Assembly (NCBI GenBank): GCA_038321985.1
Contig: JBBQFN010000044.1
Coordinates: 1-41,522 of the forward strand
Direction of reading: 5' to 3'
Length of the DNA stretch: 41,522 nucleotides
Origin: Cyanophyceae cyanobacterium
Lineage (GTDB): Bacteria; Cyanobacteriota; Cyanobacteriia; Cyanobacteriales; Laspinemataceae
Part shown: one piece after another, positions 38,092 to 41,522 of the stretch
Layout of the letters: each line of letters opens with the position of its first letter
Numbering within the stretch: the first letter of the stretch is position 1
Notes under the pieces: generated by a model
Told to the model about the DNA's origin: nothing
The model's input: only the letters and a program-made list of their open reading frames with translations
The model's database searches: none
Translations under genes and position numbers: made by a program

Positions 38092-40340
38092 TGAATATTA
38101 AACGCCGCGAATTTTTGTTATTTTTGAGTGGATTTGCTGGTACTCTCGCCCTGAGTTCCCTACAATCTTGCAATTTAGAAAGATTCAACTCTTCCTCTAA
38201 CCTCAGATTTAAGCCGGTCAAAGGTCCTCTGCCAGTCCCGACTGATGGTATTGCACCGAGCGAACAAATCGAAGCGTACCGTAGTTATGAAGTCCTTGAT
38301 GATCTGATTCTTCCCGAAGGATTTACTTATGACGCGATCGCCCAATGGGGAGACCCTGTAGGTGATTCCCGCTTCGGCTACAACAACGATTATCTCTCGT
38401 TTATCGAAACCGCCGCCAATGAAGGCTATCTCGCGGTTAACTTTGAATATGTCAGTGCCGCCACCTGGATGCAAACCTATCCTTTGGTAATCCAGAGACC
38501 TTTACCCATAGAGGACGTCATGGCTGGGATGACAGCCGCTAGCCGAGGTGAATCTGCTGACACTATCAACGCATTTGCTCTTCCCGACAGCAACCCGCTA
38601 AAAACCAAAATTCAGCAAATCTGCCAAGAAGCCTTAATTGACCAGGGACTCGGTGTAATTTCTTTGCGAAGAAACGCTCAAGGCCAATGGGAACGCACTA
38701 ATTCTCCAGCAGACCGACGAATTTCAGGCATTTCGGGGTTAAAAGATAGCCGGTATTTGAAAGCAACGGGACCTGGGGTCAAGATTTTTCAAAAACAGCA
38801 GGTGCAGGGGTATCAGGATGCATTGGGCGATCGCATCATTGGAACCTTTGGGAACTGTGCCGGTGGCACAACTCCCTGGGGAACCCTGTTAAGTGCTGAG
38901 GAAAATTTTCAATCCCAAGTGCCGGAACCTGTCTATGCCGATGGCACCTCTTTTGATCCGGGGGAGTTACCCTTTAATCTGGCCGACAATAGCCTCTCAG
39001 GTCAAGGAAATGTCTTTGGGTTAGCGGGTAATAAATATGGATGGATTGTAGAACTAGACCCCGCAGACCCTAAAGACTATGGCACGAAGCACACCTGGTT
39101 GGGACGATACCGTCATGAAGCAGTGGGAGTGCGGGTGGAGTCAGGAAAACCCTTAGCCTTTTATTCGGGATGCGATCGCCAGGGGGGTCATCTTTACAAA
39201 TTCGTCAGTCAAGGGGTTGTTACCAATCCTACAGATAAAAATAACTCTAAGTTATTAGCAGACGGCCAACTGTATGGAGCTAAATTCAACCCCGATGGCA
39301 CTGGTAGTTGGATTCCGCTAACTTCCGAAACGGCGATCGACCCTCAACTCCCCAGTCAGTTAGTGGGAAATGTCATTTATTTACCTAAACGGGAACCGAC
39401 GACAACTCAGAGACAGCGGAACCCACGCCAAGGGGGTTATTTCGTGGGCGATCGAGATGAACTCATCCAGAGTTTTAAACAGCAGTTCAAAACTCTCGGT
39501 GACCTTTATGTCGGCAATCCCGAAGAAAAACAAGGAGCAATTTTAATCGATGCTCACTACGCTGCTAACGCCGCTGGAGTCACCTGTACCGCGCGTCCTG
39601 AAGATACAGTCATTGCTCCGGATGGTTCTCTTTATATTGCCTTTACTGCGGGAGGGTCAGCAAAAGAAGGAGGTCCAGATAACCGCATCTTTACTGGACC
39701 AAATGGCGAAACACCTTATCCGTTTGGTTGGATTTTCCGTTTGAAGGAAGATGAAAACGAACCCGGTGCGCTGACTTTTACTTGGGAAAAATTTGCTCTG
39801 GGTGGTGAACCTATTCAAGGTGGAGTAGGATTTTGTAACCCCGATAATCTATTAGTGGATTCCGGAAGTAATGTATGGGTGGTGACGGATATGAGTACCG
39901 GCGGACTCAACAGTGCCGTTCCCACTCGGGTTGATGACTCCCGTCAGGCGATCGCTCTTTCCAAGCAGATTGGCCTCTTTGGTAATAACTCTATCTGGTT
40001 TATTCCCACATCGGGCCCTGATGCTGGCAAAGCCTATTTATTCGGGTTGGGACCAATGGAGTGCGAAACAACCGGGCCATTTTTAACCCCGGACGAACGC
40101 ACCCTATTTTTAGCCGTACAACATCCCGGTGAAACGAATGGAATCCGGATAAATCAGGCTACTGAAACTCGGGAGTTCGCCATGCTGACTGTAGAGGGAG
40201 AGGAATTTATCCAGACTCGCCAGGTCCCGTTGGGTTCAAACTGGCCCACAAAACAACCGAATGACCCACCGATACCAGCGGTTGTTGCGATTCGTCGTCT
40301 GGATTCCCAGGCGATTCCTCCAGGGATGACTTCTATATAG
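38088..40340 (+). CDS. phoX: PhoX-family (DUF839) alkaline phosphatase, Tat-exported
   Basis: Tat motif KRREFL, FGYNNDY, NCAGGTTPWGT..SAEEN, GRYRHE, RPED, NPDN, ETTGP, VQHPGE. Confidence 0.92.
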   Translation: MMNIKRREFLLFLSGFAGTLALSSLQSCNLERFNSSSNLRFKPVKGPLPVPTDGIAPSEQIEAYRSYEVLDDLILPEGFTYDAIAQWGDPVGDSRFGYNNDYLSFIETAANEGYLAVNFEYVSAATWMQTYPLVIQRPLPIEDVMAGMTAASRGESADTINAFALPDSNPLKTKIQQICQEALIDQGLGVISLRRNAQGQWERTNSPADRRISGISGLKDSRYLKATGPGVKIFQKQQVQGYQDALGDRIIGTFGNCAGGTTPWGTLLSAEENFQSQVPEPVYADGTSFDPGELPFNLADNSLSGQGNVFGLAGNKYGWIVELDPADPKDYGTKHTWLGRYRHEAVGVRVESGKPLAFYSGCDRQGGHLYKFVSQGVVTNPTDKNNSKLLADGQLYGAKFNPDGTGSWIPLTSETAIDPQLPSQLVGNVIYLPKREPTTTQRQRNPRQGGYFVGDRDELIQSFKQQFKTLGDLYVGNPEEKQGAILIDAHYAANAAGVTCTARPEDTVIAPDGSLYIAFTAGGSAKEGGPDNRIFTGPNGETPYPFGWIFRLKEDENEPGALTFTWEKFALGGEPIQGGVGFCNPDNLLVDSGSNVWVVTDMSTGGLNSAVPTRVDDSRQAIALSKQIGLFGNNSIWFIPTSGPDAGKAYLFGLGPMECETTGPFLTPDERTLFLAVQHPGETNGIRINQATETREFAMLTVEGEEFIQTRQVPLGSNWPTKQPNDPPIPAVVAIRRLDSQAIPPGMTSI

Positions 40341-40360
40341 ATATAGATATAAAAAAAAAC

Positions 40361-40418
40361 GCAGGGACGAATTGGAGTCCCCTGCATTTTAAAACAGGCG
40401 CTTGAAGCGCCTGTTTTA
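40361..40418. terminator. Tandem hairpins, bidirectional terminator between phoX and nadC
   Basis: GCAGGGAC...GTCCCCTGC flanked by A and T tracts, then TAAAACAGGCGCTT-G-AAGCGCCTGTTTTA. Confidence 0.75.
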
Positions 40419-40421
40419 GGT

Positions 40422-41405
40422 TTACCCCCTAATTTTCATACTCAAGTCCAACCAGGTCGATCGGGTAATCGGGGCGCTGGTGGAGATGTAGTCTACTCCT
40501 GTTTCCCCAACTGGGCGAATCGTTTCCAACGTGATATTGCCAGACGCTTCAATGGAAATTCGGTCATTATGCTGACGAATCAGGGGTACAGCTTCACCCA
40601 TCCGCTCAAGGGTCATATTATCCAACATAATAATATCCGCTCCATGTTCCAGGGCTGCTTCCACATCCGCTAGAGTTTCCGTTTCCACTTCTATGGTTAG
40701 GGGGTAGGGAATCTGGGAGCGGACTCGGGCGATCGCCGCTCCAATTCCTCCGGCTGCCACAATATGGTTGTCCTTAATCATTACGGCATCATCCAATCCC
40801 ATGCGGTGGTTTCTAGCACCTCCGACTTGAGTGGCATATTTTTCTAAGAGTCGGAGTCCCGGTGTGGTTTTGCGCGTATCTACCAGTTGCACCGGCAAAT
40901 CCGCAATTTTTTCTACATAATGCCGGGTCAGAGTTGCAATGCCGCTCAGACGCATCACCAGGTTGAGGGCAACTCGTTCTCCAGTGAGGAGCGCATTAAC
41001 GGGGCCTGTGATTTGAGCGACCACCTGTCCGGGTTGGCAATACTCCCCTTCCGCAATCGTAGGAGTGAACTCAACCGTACAGTCTAAAAGAGTAAAGATG
41101 CGACGTGCGAATGGTAATCCCGCCACTGCTCCCGGTTCTTTGACAATCCATTCCGCCCGAGCTGGGGGAGCTTCCTCTACATAGATAGCGCTGGTGGTGC
41201 GATCGCCTCGACCAATATCCTCTAATAACCATCCCTGAAATAGAGGGTCCAACACAATCCAAGGGGGCAACGCAGTCTGAGGATTGACTGCGATCGCCCC
41301 CGTATCCTTTCCTTTCGGAGGAAATACCCAATTTTTTCCCACTTGAAACTCCTTCCCTGTATGGCTTCCAGACTTTTTCTCAAAAAAGGTCAAAAAAAAC
41401 CTCAA
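40422..41405 (-). CDS. nadC: Quinolinate phosphoribosyltransferase
   Basis: EDIGRGDRTT, ERVALN, DTRKTTPGLR, HRMGLDD, IKDNH, MLDN, EASGNI. Real start is probably downstream of 41405 (e.g. TTG 41270). Confidence 0.95.
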   Translation of the reverse strand: MRFFLTFFEKKSGSHTGKEFQVGKNWVFPPKGKDTGAIAVNPQTALPPWIVLDPLFQGWLLEDIGRGDRTTSAIYVEEAPPARAEWIVKEPGAVAGLPFARRIFTLLDCTVEFTPTIAEGEYCQPGQVVAQITGPVNALLTGERVALNLVMRLSGIATLTRHYVEKIADLPVQLVDTRKTTPGLRLLEKYATQVGGARNHRMGLDDAVMIKDNHIVAAGGIGAAIARVRSQIPYPLTIEVETETLADVEAALEHGADIIMLDNMTLERMGEAVPLIRQHNDRISIEASGNITLETIRPVGETGVDYISTSAPITRSTWLDLSMKIRG

Positions 41406-41411
41406 AAACGC

Positions 41412-41522
41412 TTGACAAACCCGGGTGGGTTAGTTAAAGTAGTAAAGCGCGGTGAGGAAAGGCAACGAACCAAGTCGCGCCTGAACCAAGACAATTAAAG
41501 AGTTTGAAAGCCAATAGAAACC
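41412..41522 (+). promoter_or_regulatory. Strong sigma70 promoter and leader, probably of an rRNA operon beyond the window
   Basis: TTGACA-N17-TAAAGT preceded by phased A-tracts, then a GC-rich stem (CGCG...CGCG) and boxA-like GAACCAAGACAATT, as in cyanobacterial rrn leaders. Confidence 0.7.

Noticed and set aside
40334..40351. ATATAG microsatellite at the phoX stop as a phase-variation switch
   Set aside because: About three units only, and slippage would leave the stop essentially in place.

Overview
A mostly core-genome window from a filamentous cyanobacterium. Evidence for this is the dense HIP1 octamer GCGATCGC plus hetR, rpaB, nblB and cyanoexosortase A; an Oscillatoriales-like, probably non-heterocystous host is an inference. 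Gene order: hetR; sulfate ABC cluster (two tandem sbp paralogues, cysA, cysT, cysW); tRNA-Val(GAC); secreted 7-blade WD40 protein with a MacB-like ABC pair; membrane hybrid kinase-adenylate cyclase and REC-GGDEF cyclase; nblB/CBS; [2Fe-2S] ferredoxin; alpha/beta hydrolase; CapA-family protein; rfbB; PEP-CTERM/cyanoexosortase A/HpsJ-like cluster; DUF456-ccb-rpaB divergent from radA; second WD40 protein; creatininase-family gene; sphR-sphS-phoU-phoX; nadC; and a probable rRNA operon promoter/leader at the right edge. I see no transposase, integrase, CRISPR array or defence system, and no clearly new multi-gene system. The best leads are: (1) two small intergenic elements (5487-5631 and 7538-7718) with related ~28-bp imperfect inverted ends but unrelated palindromic cores; (2) a RadA with a ~100-aa acidic insert and an SSB-like acidic C-terminal tip; (3) a diverged second sulfate-binding paralogue; (4) a secreted WD40 protein sitting where an ABC adaptor is expected; (5) several candidate operators.
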